A stretch of DNA of 32,000 nucleotides from Pyrodictium abyssi. GTDB lineage: Archaea; Thermoproteota; Thermoprotei_A; Sulfolobales; Pyrodictiaceae. Positions 18,192-24,438 of the stretch are shown piece by piece (position 1 is the first letter of the stretch; the number at the start of each line of letters is the position of its first letter). The stretch spans positions 180,001 to 212,000 of the forward strand of contig NZ_AP028907.1 of NCBI RefSeq assembly GCF_036323395.1. Direction: 5' to 3'. Both the position numbers and the translations under genes were made by a program. Under the pieces are notes generated by a model. That model was not told the DNA's origin. It searched no databases and saw nothing but the letters and a program-made list of their open reading frames with translations.

Positions 18192-19166
18192 ATGCCCCAG
18201 AGTAACACGTCTCGAAGAGATAGTAGAGAACCTAGCCCTGGTACTGCACAAGGACACTACCGGCCTAGCGAGCTCATTCTACGCTATATAGTTGAAGAGA
18301 AGGTCTCCTTCTTCCGGCTCGAGGAGATACGCTACTGGGCAAAGAAGCGCTACGGAGTAGACATAGACAGGAGGAGGCTCCATGATGCGGCAAAGAGGCT
18401 TACTGCTCGGGGCGTCTTCGAGAAGCCTTCGAGAGGCCTATATCATGTAAAAGACTGGGCAGCTGTCCACATGCTAGTTTCACTCTCCTCGAGAAAGAGA
18501 AACAATGAAGCCCTTGAGGGCCAAGAAGGGATTCACCTACAGGCTAGAGGTGAAAACGTCCTTGAGCCGCGTCAGAACATGAGTCGGACGGACGCGGGCG
18601 CGGCGGGGCGGGCTGGGCGGCGGGTGTCTGAGCGGTGTTCTGACAGGTTGCGGCGGTTTGTGCCTGTTCTCGCTACGGAGGAGGGGTGTTGGACGGTTCT
18701 TCGCTGGCATCTTAATGCGCGTCGGGAGAGGGTTTGGGACTGGCTGTGGGATCTCTTCGAGAGGGCGGTTGCTTTTCGGGAGCTATTCTCTTGGATTGTT
18801 AGATGGCTTAGGGAGGAGCTGCACCGTATGGGGGCGTCTAAGTACGAGATCCGGAGGCGGGTTAGGCGGGTTCTGCAGCGTGTTAGGAGGCTGCTTTCGA
18901 GGGTTAGGCCCGTGATTGGTGCTCATTATAGGAAGAGGTTCTGGCCCCTGGGGGATCTTCTCCGCTTGTTTGGTGCTGAGGAGAGGCTGCCCAGGATGGA
19001 GTTCGGGGTAGAGCTTTGGGCTTGCGGTGAGGGGGCGGTGGAGGCTGCGCGGGAGGGCTACGAGGTCTTTGGGAGCCAGGACGTGTATACTCCGAACGCA
19101 TACAAGCATAATACTCCGGAGCATGCTCAGTATAGGCTGCGGCTGCGTTATCATCCTAGGCACTAG
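18192..19166 (+). CDS. Hypothetical protein with N-terminal winged-helix-like domain
   Basis: RPSELILRYIVEEKVSFFRLEEIRYWAKKRYGVDIDRRRLHDAAKRLTARGVFEKPSRGLYHV; remainder unknown. Confidence 0.6.
   Translation: MPQSNTSRRDSREPSPGTAQGHYRPSELILRYIVEEKVSFFRLEEIRYWAKKRYGVDIDRRRLHDAAKRLTARGVFEKPSRGLYHVKDWAAVHMLVSLSSRKRNNEALEGQEGIHLQARGENVLEPRQNMSRTDAGAAGRAGRRVSERCSDRLRRFVPVLATEEGCWTVLRWHLNARRERVWDWLWDLFERAVAFRELFSWIVRWLREELHRMGASKYEIRRRVRRVLQRVRRLLSRVRPVIGAHYRKRFWPLGDLLRLFGAEERLPRMEFGVELWACGEGAVEAAREGYEVFGSQDVYTPNAYKHNTPEHAQYRLRLRYHPRH
18477..18503. repeat. 27-bp palindromic repeat inside a coding frame
   Basis: GTTTCactctcctcgagaaagaGAAAC, encoding VSLSSRKRN. Confidence 0.85.
18570..18590. repeat. 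Divergent copy of the 21-bp palindrome (coding)
   Basis: CGTCAGAacatgagTCGGACG, with 7+7+7 spacing kept. Confidence 0.55.
18625..18645. repeat. 21-bp palindrome with one arm mismatch (coding)
   Basis: TGTCTGAgcggtgtTCTGACA. Confidence 0.7.
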
Positions 19167-19167
19167 G

Positions 19168-19195
19168 ATTTCGCTTCTTAGCCTGTATGCGAAAC
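19168..19195. repeat. 28-bp palindromic repeat immediately after a stop codon
   Basis: ATTTCgcttcttagcctgtatgcGAAAC. Confidence 0.85.
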
Positions 19196-19210
19196 GCTAG
19201 GGGACGCTAG

Positions 19211-19260
19211 GTTTCTCCTGTCGACAACACTGCGAAATCTGTCAGAGCGGGGCTCTGACA
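19211..19260. repeat. Composite palindromic unit: 28-mer (19211-19238), 1 nt, 21-mer (19240-19260)
   Basis: GTTTCtcctgtcgacaacactgcGAAAT c TGTCAGAgcggggcTCTGACA. Confidence 0.88.
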
Positions 19261-19326
19261 AGGTAAGTGGATTAGCTTCGCTTTGCACCGGCTTACGGTT
19301 TAGTAGCTGTTATTCGGTCATCGGGC

Positions 19327-20457
19327 TTGTCAGAGTTGGGCTCTGACGCTGGTTTTGTAGCCTTCGAGGGGCAAATAGGAAGGTGGGTGCTCTTTGTGGA
19401 GGGGAGGGTTAAGGTTGCTAGGCTGGTGGAGATAGACGGTAGGCCCTACGTAGTGATAGACGGCGCGTTGATCCCCATTGAGGTTTCGCCCGGGAGCTCG
19501 CAGGCGAAACAGGAGAGGCCGGAGCTTCGCTTTGAGCTGAGTGAAGAGGTCCTCGAGCGCTACCGTAGGTGGCTTCCCAGCGAGCAACGAAGTTACCGAG
19601 CCAGGGACCCGGAAACCATAGAGAAGTATATCAGCTATTTAAAGAAGTTCTATGAGTGCAGTAATGGGGTTATATCGCCTGAGACGATTATGAAGTGTGT
19701 TACGAATAAGCACTATGTGAGGGCGTTAAGAGCGTTCGTGGAGATGTTGAGGTACTATGGAGAGGTGTCGCGGCACCTGGCTCTTGAGATCCTTGAGAGG
19801 CTTAGGTGGAGCCGGAATGATAGGATTGGCGAGGATATTGTTCCGGTTTCCCGGGTGCTCGAGAGCATAGCATTCGTCGAGGAGGAAGGGCTTCCGCTGT
19901 ACCAGCTGCTCTATAGGGCTATGCTCTATAGTGGCGGTATCCGGCTGGAGCAGTTCTTCGAGCTAGTGCCCTACGAGGATCATTACTGGCTGTGGAGGGG
20001 AGCGGAGCCCCGGCCCTTTGGCAGGTATAACGCTGTTAAGGCTCTCGAGGACCGTGGGGTAGCCTCGAAGCCTGTGGACCATATATGGCTGCCTGAGGAG
20101 GTTTACCGGGGGCTTAGGGGGCTTGATCCTGATTTCCTTCCGAAGCCGGGAGCGGCTAGGAAGTTCTATAGCCGGCATAAGCTGGTAGGCCCGACATTGA
20201 TTCGTAGCTTCTGCTGGCAAGTTGCGAAGTTTCTCCTGCCCGACAAGAATCTTGCTAGGATGCTGCAGGGGAGGCTTGGAGAGCTTAAGCGCGAGGTATC
20301 CGCGGGGAGCTATGACGCGCTCCGTTATCAGCTCGATCAGCTATACCCGCTTTGGATGCGCTTCGTGGACAGGCTCTACGAGGCGGCCAGGCGTGGTAAG
20401 CCTCTCGAGGAGGCGCGGAGGATAGTCGCTGAGTACCGCTTGCCCCTCCCACCTTAG
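19327..20457 (+). CDS. int: Archaeal tyrosine recombinase (element integrase); true start uncertain
   Basis: MLYSGGIRLEQF (candidate catalytic Arg), RHKLVGPTLIRSFCW (HxxR-like region), Tyr-rich C-terminus DALRYQLDQLYPLWMRFVDRLY; within att repeats. Confidence 0.75.
   Translation: MSELGSDAGFVAFEGQIGRWVLFVEGRVKVARLVEIDGRPYVVIDGALIPIEVSPGSSQAKQERPELRFELSEEVLERYRRWLPSEQRSYRARDPETIEKYISYLKKFYECSNGVISPETIMKCVTNKHYVRALRAFVEMLRYYGEVSRHLALEILERLRWSRNDRIGEDIVPVSRVLESIAFVEEEGLPLYQLLYRAMLYSGGIRLEQFFELVPYEDHYWLWRGAEPRPFGRYNAVKALEDRGVASKPVDHIWLPEEVYRGLRGLDPDFLPKPGAARKFYSRHKLVGPTLIRSFCWQVAKFLLPDKNLARMLQGRLGELKREVSAGSYDALRYQLDQLYPLWMRFVDRLYEAARRGKPLEEARRIVAEYRLPLPP
19328..19348. repeat. 21-bp palindrome at the 5' end of the integrase ORF
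   Basis: TGTCAGAgttgggcTCTGACG. Confidence 0.85.
19483..19510. repeat. 28-bp palindromic repeat in frame within the integrase
   Basis: GTTTCgcccgggagctcgcaggcGAAAC, encoding VSPGSSQAK. Confidence 0.9.
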
Positions 20458-20459
20458 CG

Positions 20460-20487
20460 GTTTCGCCTAGGAGCTCGTTGGTGAAAC
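20460..20487. repeat. 28-bp palindromic repeat 2 bp after the integrase stop codon
   Basis: GTTTCgcctaggagctcgttggtGAAAC. Confidence 0.9.
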
Positions 20488-20499
20488 TGGGGCTGGGCC

Positions 20500-20560
20500 G
20501 CGGGGATGATGAGTACGGCAGGATCGGATCCGTGAAGAGCGGACTTAACGCTGACCCTCC
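20500..20560 (+). ncRNA. Candidate box C/D guide sRNA
   Basis: C ATGATGA (20506-20512), 12 nt, D' CGGA (20525-20528), 3 nt, C' GTGAAGA (20532-20538), 12 nt, D CTGA (20551-20554); flanking GGGG / CCC. D' and C' are degenerate. Confidence 0.4.
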
Positions 20561-20753
20561 CGGGACCCGCGGCCCTCTGGTTTACCCTACTCTATACTAA
20601 GAGGTATATGGGTTGCGCCCGGCTATACTATAGTGTACTCGAGGGCCCGGCTGCCCCTCTCGACGGGTCGGGGACCCGGGGTGAAGGGATGAGCCGGCCC
20701 GGGAGGCGGGGATTGTCGTGAACCGCCTCCTTCAATGCTCTGACACTCCTAGG

Positions 20754-20781
20754 GTTTCCCCTTCTCGATCCCTGGGGAAAC
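20754..20781. repeat. 28-bp palindromic repeat
   Basis: GTTTCcccttctcgatccctgggGAAAC, preceded by half-site TCTGACA (20739-20745). Confidence 0.9.
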
Positions 20782-20797
20782 CGGGCCCTGGCGGGGG

Positions 20798-20825
20798 GTT
20801 TCGCCTTCCTCGAGGAGGGTGAAAC
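20798..20825. repeat. 28-bp palindromic repeat
   Basis: GTTTCgccttcctcgaggagggtGAAAC. Confidence 0.9.
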
Positions 20826-20848
20826 CGGCCCTTCCCCTGGAGGGTAGG

Positions 20849-20876
20849 GTTTCGCTTACAGGCCTGTATGTGAAAT
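20849..20876. repeat. 28-bp palindromic repeat
   Basis: GTTTCgcttacaggcctgtatgtGAAAT. Confidence 0.88.
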
Positions 20877-20948
20877 AGTGTCGGCTTCCTCTTTCTGTCC
20901 ACCAAAAACAATAAGTAGGTGTAACTAGTTACGACTACTTGGCTGCGG

Positions 20949-21269
20949 GTGTGGGGTATGGGGAGTCTACGGGAGGCTCTCATCTTCCTCGCAAATAAGC
21001 CTCAAGCGCTACGTCTTCTCCGCGAGGCTGCGAGGTACAAGGCTTCAAAGGGTAAGCCGCCGTACACTAGAGAGCTTCTCAAGCTGGCAGCCAACGGGGA
21101 CCGCGGCTACAGTATGCGGCTGCTAGAGGAGCTGCAGGCGCTGGGGCTTCTGCGGCGCTACCGGGATTATCTTAGCGATAAGCTGCGCATACCTGTTGTC
21201 CGCAACGATCCCACACCTTTGGCTCACAAGGTTCTAGCACTCTTCGAGGAGGAGGATGAAAATGCCTAG
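20949..21269 (+). CDS. Winged-helix-like hypothetical protein
   Basis: TRELLKLAANGDRGYSMRLLEELQALGLLRRYRDYLSDKLRIPVVRNDPTPLAHKVLALFEEED; overlaps next gene start. Confidence 0.6.
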   Translation: MWGMGSLREALIFLANKPQALRLLREAARYKASKGKPPYTRELLKLAANGDRGYSMRLLEELQALGLLRRYRDYLSDKLRIPVVRNDPTPLAHKVLALFEEEDENA

Positions 21270-21708
21270 GCCTCCACGGCTTGATAAGGTAATAGCGTTT
21301 GCCCATAAGCTGGCTAGCGATCTTGAGGTAGGGTATCGGGAGCTTGCCGGGATTCGTGGGGAGCTTCTGCGCGTCTCTGAGCTTCTGCGGGATGTCGAGG
21401 TTCTGGAGGCTAGTGTGATCGAGAAGAGTAGGAATGGCTCGGTGTACAGGGTTCTGCAGGTGAAGAGGCCTGGGACGGGCTTTTTCGAGGGAGGCGTGCT
21501 GTCTGTCTATGTTACCCGTAAGCCCGAGCTTGGCGATCTTGTAGTGAGGCTTGTTCATCTCCGTAATGTCTATGCTGAGTGGGTTAAGGCTACTATTAGC
21601 TTGCTTGACGCGTTGGAGAGGACTCCTAGCTTGCTTGAGGAATACAAGCGGCTTGTTTCTCCTACAGGATCTCCGGCGAAACAGGAGGTGAGGGCTCGTG
21701 GATCCTAG
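21256..21708 (+). CDS. Hypothetical protein
   Basis: Translationally coupled layout (overlap with 20949-21269 and with the 21698 ORF). Confidence 0.6.
   Translation: MKMPRPPRLDKVIAFAHKLASDLEVGYRELAGIRGELLRVSELLRDVEVLEASVIEKSRNGSVYRVLQVKRPGTGFFEGGVLSVYVTRKPELGDLVVRLVHLRNVYAEWVKATISLLDALERTPSLLEEYKRLVSPTGSPAKQEVRARGS
21655..21682. repeat. 28-bp palindromic repeat in frame near the 3' end of the 21256 ORF
   Basis: GTTTCtcctacaggatctccggcGAAAC, encoding VSPTGSPAK. Confidence 0.9.
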
Positions 21709-21850
21709 GGAGCTTGCGGAGATTGAGCAGGAGCTGAGAGAGGCTCGAGAGTTCTTCGCAGAGCGGGGGTACTGGCTCATGGTCTGGTACATAGACGATA
21801 CACTGAGGCTAATAGAGAGGATGAAGGAGGGGAGGAGTAATGGCTCTTAG
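21698..21850 (+). CDS. 50-aa hypothetical protein, GTG start (not in ORF track)
   Basis: VDPRELAEIEQELREAREFFAERGYWLMVWYIDDTLRLIERMKEGRSNGS; overlaps both neighbours. Confidence 0.5.
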   Translation: MDPRELAEIEQELREAREFFAERGYWLMVWYIDDTLRLIERMKEGRSNGS

Positions 21851-22049
21851 AACGATCACCGTTAAGCTCGATGACGAGATTGTATCTCTTCTCGACGACA
21901 TCTATAGGAAGCTTGGCTACAATTACCGCAGCGATGTAATAAGAGAAGCACTGGAGGATTGGCTGCGGCGGCATGGATTCAAGGTTAACCTCAGCGTTTC
22001 TCGACCAAGGCATAATGATAGAGGTCTAGTGTTTGAGGTGGAGGTGTAG
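21840..22049 (+). CDS. Ribbon-helix-helix (CopG/NikR-like) regulator
   Basis: RTITVKLDDEIVSLLDDIYRKLGYNYRSDVIREALEDWLRRHG. Confidence 0.85.
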   Translation: MALRTITVKLDDEIVSLLDDIYRKLGYNYRSDVIREALEDWLRRHGFKVNLSVSRPRHNDRGLVFEVEV

Positions 22050-22052
22050 ACC

Positions 22053-22313
22053 ATGACCAGGCTATATCTCTGCGGGTGCTGGCTCGAGGTTAAGGACTGC
22101 AGCTTGCACAAGGCATTGCTGAGGAGTCTTGCCGACATCTACGAGCATGACGTGCTACTCATGGAGGGTGCGCCGGTCTCCATCGACTGTAGGCGGCTGG
22201 CCGCGGACTTCGAAGAGTTCCTGCACGACTATGGTGCCCGGCACTGCCGCGTCGAGCCCGTCGATCCGGCTGAGTGGCGCCGCCCCGAGGAGACGCTACT
22301 TCCGACATTCTAG
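22053..22313 (+). CDS. Hypothetical protein
   Basis: Coupled to the RHH gene, Cys-containing. Confidence 0.5.
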   Translation: MTRLYLCGCWLEVKDCSLHKALLRSLADIYEHDVLLMEGAPVSIDCRRLAADFEEFLHDYGARHCRVEPVDPAEWRRPEETLLPTF

Positions 22314-22326
22314 GGGGTGGGTGGCT

Positions 22327-22755
22327 ATGCCGGTCTTCCTTCTAGCTAATGGCCGCCGGGTTACGCTCTCGAGGGCCCTAGTAGAGCGGGTTGTTACTAC
22401 GAGGCTCTCTAACTGCTTCTCTCCGCAGTGCTACATGTCGAAGGAGGAGTACCTAGCGTGCATAGAGTGGATCACAGGGAGGAGAAGCGAGGCTCCAGGG
22501 CACGCGCGTACATGCATCTACCACATGCTGTTCTACAGCGAGAACCTGGTTCTAACAAACTACATGTTCTTGAGGTCGCTGCGCGACCCAGCGGCGCCAG
22601 AGTACCTAGACTCTATGCTGAGGCTACTCGAGGAGATACGCCGACTAGCAGAGGAGGCCTATCAGCACCTAGCAGCTAGCCGCTATAGCGAGGCTCAGAG
22701 ACTGGCCATCGAGATTCTAGACAAGCTCCTAAGATGGGGAATAGACCCATGGTAG
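22327..22755 (+). CDS. Hypothetical protein (ATG 22327 inside ORF 22129-22755)
   Basis: MPVFLLANGRRVTLSRALVERVVTTRLSN...; helical C-terminus. Confidence 0.5.
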   Translation: MPVFLLANGRRVTLSRALVERVVTTRLSNCFSPQCYMSKEEYLACIEWITGRRSEAPGHARTCIYHMLFYSENLVLTNYMFLRSLRDPAAPEYLDSMLRLLEEIRRLAEEAYQHLAASRYSEAQRLAIEILDKLLRWGIDPW

Positions 22756-22758
22756 GGG

Positions 22759-23019
22759 GTGTCTTGCATGTCGGCTGACTGCCGCCGTTGCCGGTTCTTT
22801 ATCCCCCTTGAGAGGATGGATCATGATAGCATAGTGAGGGCTGAGAAGTGGCTTCAATGGATGCAGAAGAACGGGAAGAGGCAGGGTCATAGGATCCTGG
22901 GATGGTGCGGTAGGTATGAGAGGCCGGTAACCTACTATGTTGGCCGCTGCACGGGCTTCTCCCCCTATGCCGATAGACCGGCGGTGAAGAGTATACTCGA
23001 CTATCTTCGGGGCAGCTAG
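22759..23019 (+). CDS. Small Cys-rich hypothetical protein
   Basis: CRRCRFF...GWCGRY...GRCTGFSPY, possible metal-binding site. Confidence 0.55.
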   Translation: MSCMSADCRRCRFFIPLERMDHDSIVRAEKWLQWMQKNGKRQGHRILGWCGRYERPVTYYVGRCTGFSPYADRPAVKSILDYLRGS

Positions 23020-23040
23020 CTCTTTCTTATTAAGAGGAGG

Positions 23041-23061
23041 TGTCAGAGTTCTACTCCGGCA
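23041..23061. repeat. 21-bp palindrome, degenerate right arm
   Basis: TGTCAGAgttctacTCCGGCA, 4 bp before the next repeat. Confidence 0.6.
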
Positions 23062-23065
23062 TCTT

Positions 23066-23093
23066 GTTTCTCCCTAGATCCTGTAGGGGAAAC
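23066..23093. repeat. 28-bp palindromic repeat
   Basis: GTTTCtccctagatcctgtagggGAAAC. Confidence 0.9.
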
Positions 23094-23099
23094 TCTCGG

Positions 23100-23127
23100 G
23101 TTTCTCCCTTCTCGAGGAGGGTGAAAC
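23100..23127. repeat. 28-bp palindromic repeat
   Basis: GTTTCtcccttctcgaggagggtGAAAC; 6 bp after the previous copy. Confidence 0.9.
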
Positions 23128-23132
23128 GCTGC

Positions 23133-23300
23133 TCAACGTAACTTCCTTAGGCATAGGCGCCCTCTTCCATCTATCTCCCAGATTAGATAGTCGCCTTTGC
23201 TCAGCTTTGTACGTTCCACGAACTCTTTGGGTAGATGTATGAAGAGGACTTCTCCATGTGGGGTCTTCTTTGCCTGAACCCTGACCAGGCGGGGCTGCAT
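23133..23300 (-). CDS. 55-aa AbrB/SpoVT-like DNA-binding protein (not in ORF track)
   Basis: MQPRLVRVQAKKTPHGEVLFIHLPKEFVERTKLSKGDYLIWEIDGRGRLCLRKLR. Confidence 0.7.
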   Translation of the reverse strand: MQPRLVRVQAKKTPHGEVLFIHLPKEFVERTKLSKGDYLIWEIDGRGRLCLRKLR

Positions 23301-23311
23301 ACTCTCACGGT

Positions 23312-23328
23312 CTGTACAGTCTGTACAG
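23312..23328. promoter_or_regulatory. Candidate operator: two CTGTACAG palindromes in tandem
   Basis: CTGTACAG-t-CTGTACAG located 11 bp upstream of the AbrB-like start codon. Confidence 0.5.
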
Positions 23329-23390
23329 TGATACTATGTAAGCCTCTCTAGCCATGGTAGCGCTTGCTAGAGGTCCTTTTCGGCTGGGAC

Positions 23391-23446
23391 GCGGGCCTCT
23401 CGAGCCCGTGACCCGGGTTCAAATCCCGGCCGCGGCACCAACCCTC
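23391..23446 (+). repeat. Right attachment repeat (tRNA-Glu 3' remnant)
   Basis: Identical to 8878-8933; no tRNA 5' half upstream. Confidence 0.93.
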
Positions 23447-23685
23447 AATACCCTCCCCCTTGTTCTGGCCATTCCTCCGCCCAGGTACGGGGCTGCCGAC
23501 GTGATAGCCCTGTTACACTGGTTTGAGCTTTGTAGGAGAGCACGTGCCTGTAACGGCACCTAGGGCTTGGATAGACCCGTCATACAGTACATATTGTACA
23601 TCCAGCGTATATCGTCTTTGGCTACAGTCTTTTAAAGAAGGGTGGAGAACGCAACTACTGTGGCTATGAGGGCCTCTGTGTGTCT

Positions 23686-24201
23686 TTAGCTGTCCCTTAT
23701 TGTACGCAGCTTTGGCCCGCCTTCCATAAAGCCTTCGGGGAAGTACATGTCCTTGATACTGCTGAAACCGTGGTTTAGTAGCACTTTCCCGAGCCTTGTA
23801 TCCTCTGGCGGAGTTCCCCGCTCAAGCTGCTTCATGGTCTCCTCGTCGCCGACGTACTCGAGGAATAGCGTTTCGCCCTGTTCTAGTATGCGTGAAGCTG
23901 CGTAGACGAGGCGTTCCTCGAGACCCCCTCTAGCTAGGTCCCAGTTTACACCATATATTTCTATCCAGCCCCGATAGTAGGGTGGACGCCCCTCAAATAG
24001 CCTTATGTAGGCAAGGTGCTGGCCCTTGTAGAGAACCTCAATGTCGTACATCTCGCGTATCCTGGGCTTCCGCAGGTCTACAACCTGGAGCCCCATGGAA
24101 GCTAGTAGTGCCTTAAGACCGTCGACTCTCCTCAACGCCAATACACCTAAGGCGACGGGCAGGCTACACTGAATGTCACCAACTAGTTCCAATATAAGCA
24201 C
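23686..24201 (-). CDS. Conserved-looking archaeal hypothetical protein
   Basis: Well-formed 171-aa ORF outside the element; family not identified by eye. Confidence 0.6.
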   Translation of the reverse strand: MLILELVGDIQCSLPVALGVLALRRVDGLKALLASMGLQVVDLRKPRIREMYDIEVLYKGQHLAYIRLFEGRPPYYRGWIEIYGVNWDLARGGLEERLVYAASRILEQGETLFLEYVGDEETMKQLERGTPPEDTRLGKVLLNHGFSSIKDMYFPEGFMEGGPKLRTIRDS

Positions 24202-24438
24202 GGCTACGTCTATTACCCCTAGAGTGGTGGCTTGGGGCTATCTGCTGCGCTTCCTGGCTCCAGTGCTAGGCTACGCCCGGCATCACGCCGACCACGTCAA
24301 GCTCTCTTATAGAGCCCTGCATGCTGCGAAGAGTCTAAGTATGCGTATACGTTGTTATACTAGATGAGCCCGGGGTCTTTTTTACCAGTAGACTCCACAA
24401 TAGGGCGTCATGTAGTTTATGAGGTGCCGTGTATGTTT

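Larger units (their letters stand above)
8878..23446. mobile_element. Integrated genetic element (provirus or integrative plasmid-like, ~14.5 kb) in tRNA-Glu(CTC)
   Basis: 56-bp perfect direct repeat at both ends matching the 3' half of the tRNA; candidate integrase and accessory genes between. Confidence 0.92.

Noticed and set aside
20229-20258. GTTTCTCCTG in the integrase (KFLLPDKNL) as another repeat
   Set aside because: Left arm only; no GAAAC at 27-28 bp spacing.
19327-20457. SSV1-style integrase gene partitioned by integration
   Set aside because: The ORF is continuous and lies about 3 kb away from the right att repeat.
9347-23127. CRISPR-like repeats (28 bp, GTTTC start and GAAAC end)
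   Set aside because: Copies are dispersed with irregular spacing from 6 bp to kilobases, centres are variable, some are in coding frames, and no cas genes are present. It is a palindrome family, not an array.
23391-23446. Second tRNA gene
   Set aside because: Only the 3' half is present; the upstream sequence cannot form acceptor and D arms. It is the attachment-site copy.
23354-23563. 69-aa ORF across the right att site
   Set aside because: Its reading frame runs through the tRNA fragment and has low-complexity composition; probably spurious.
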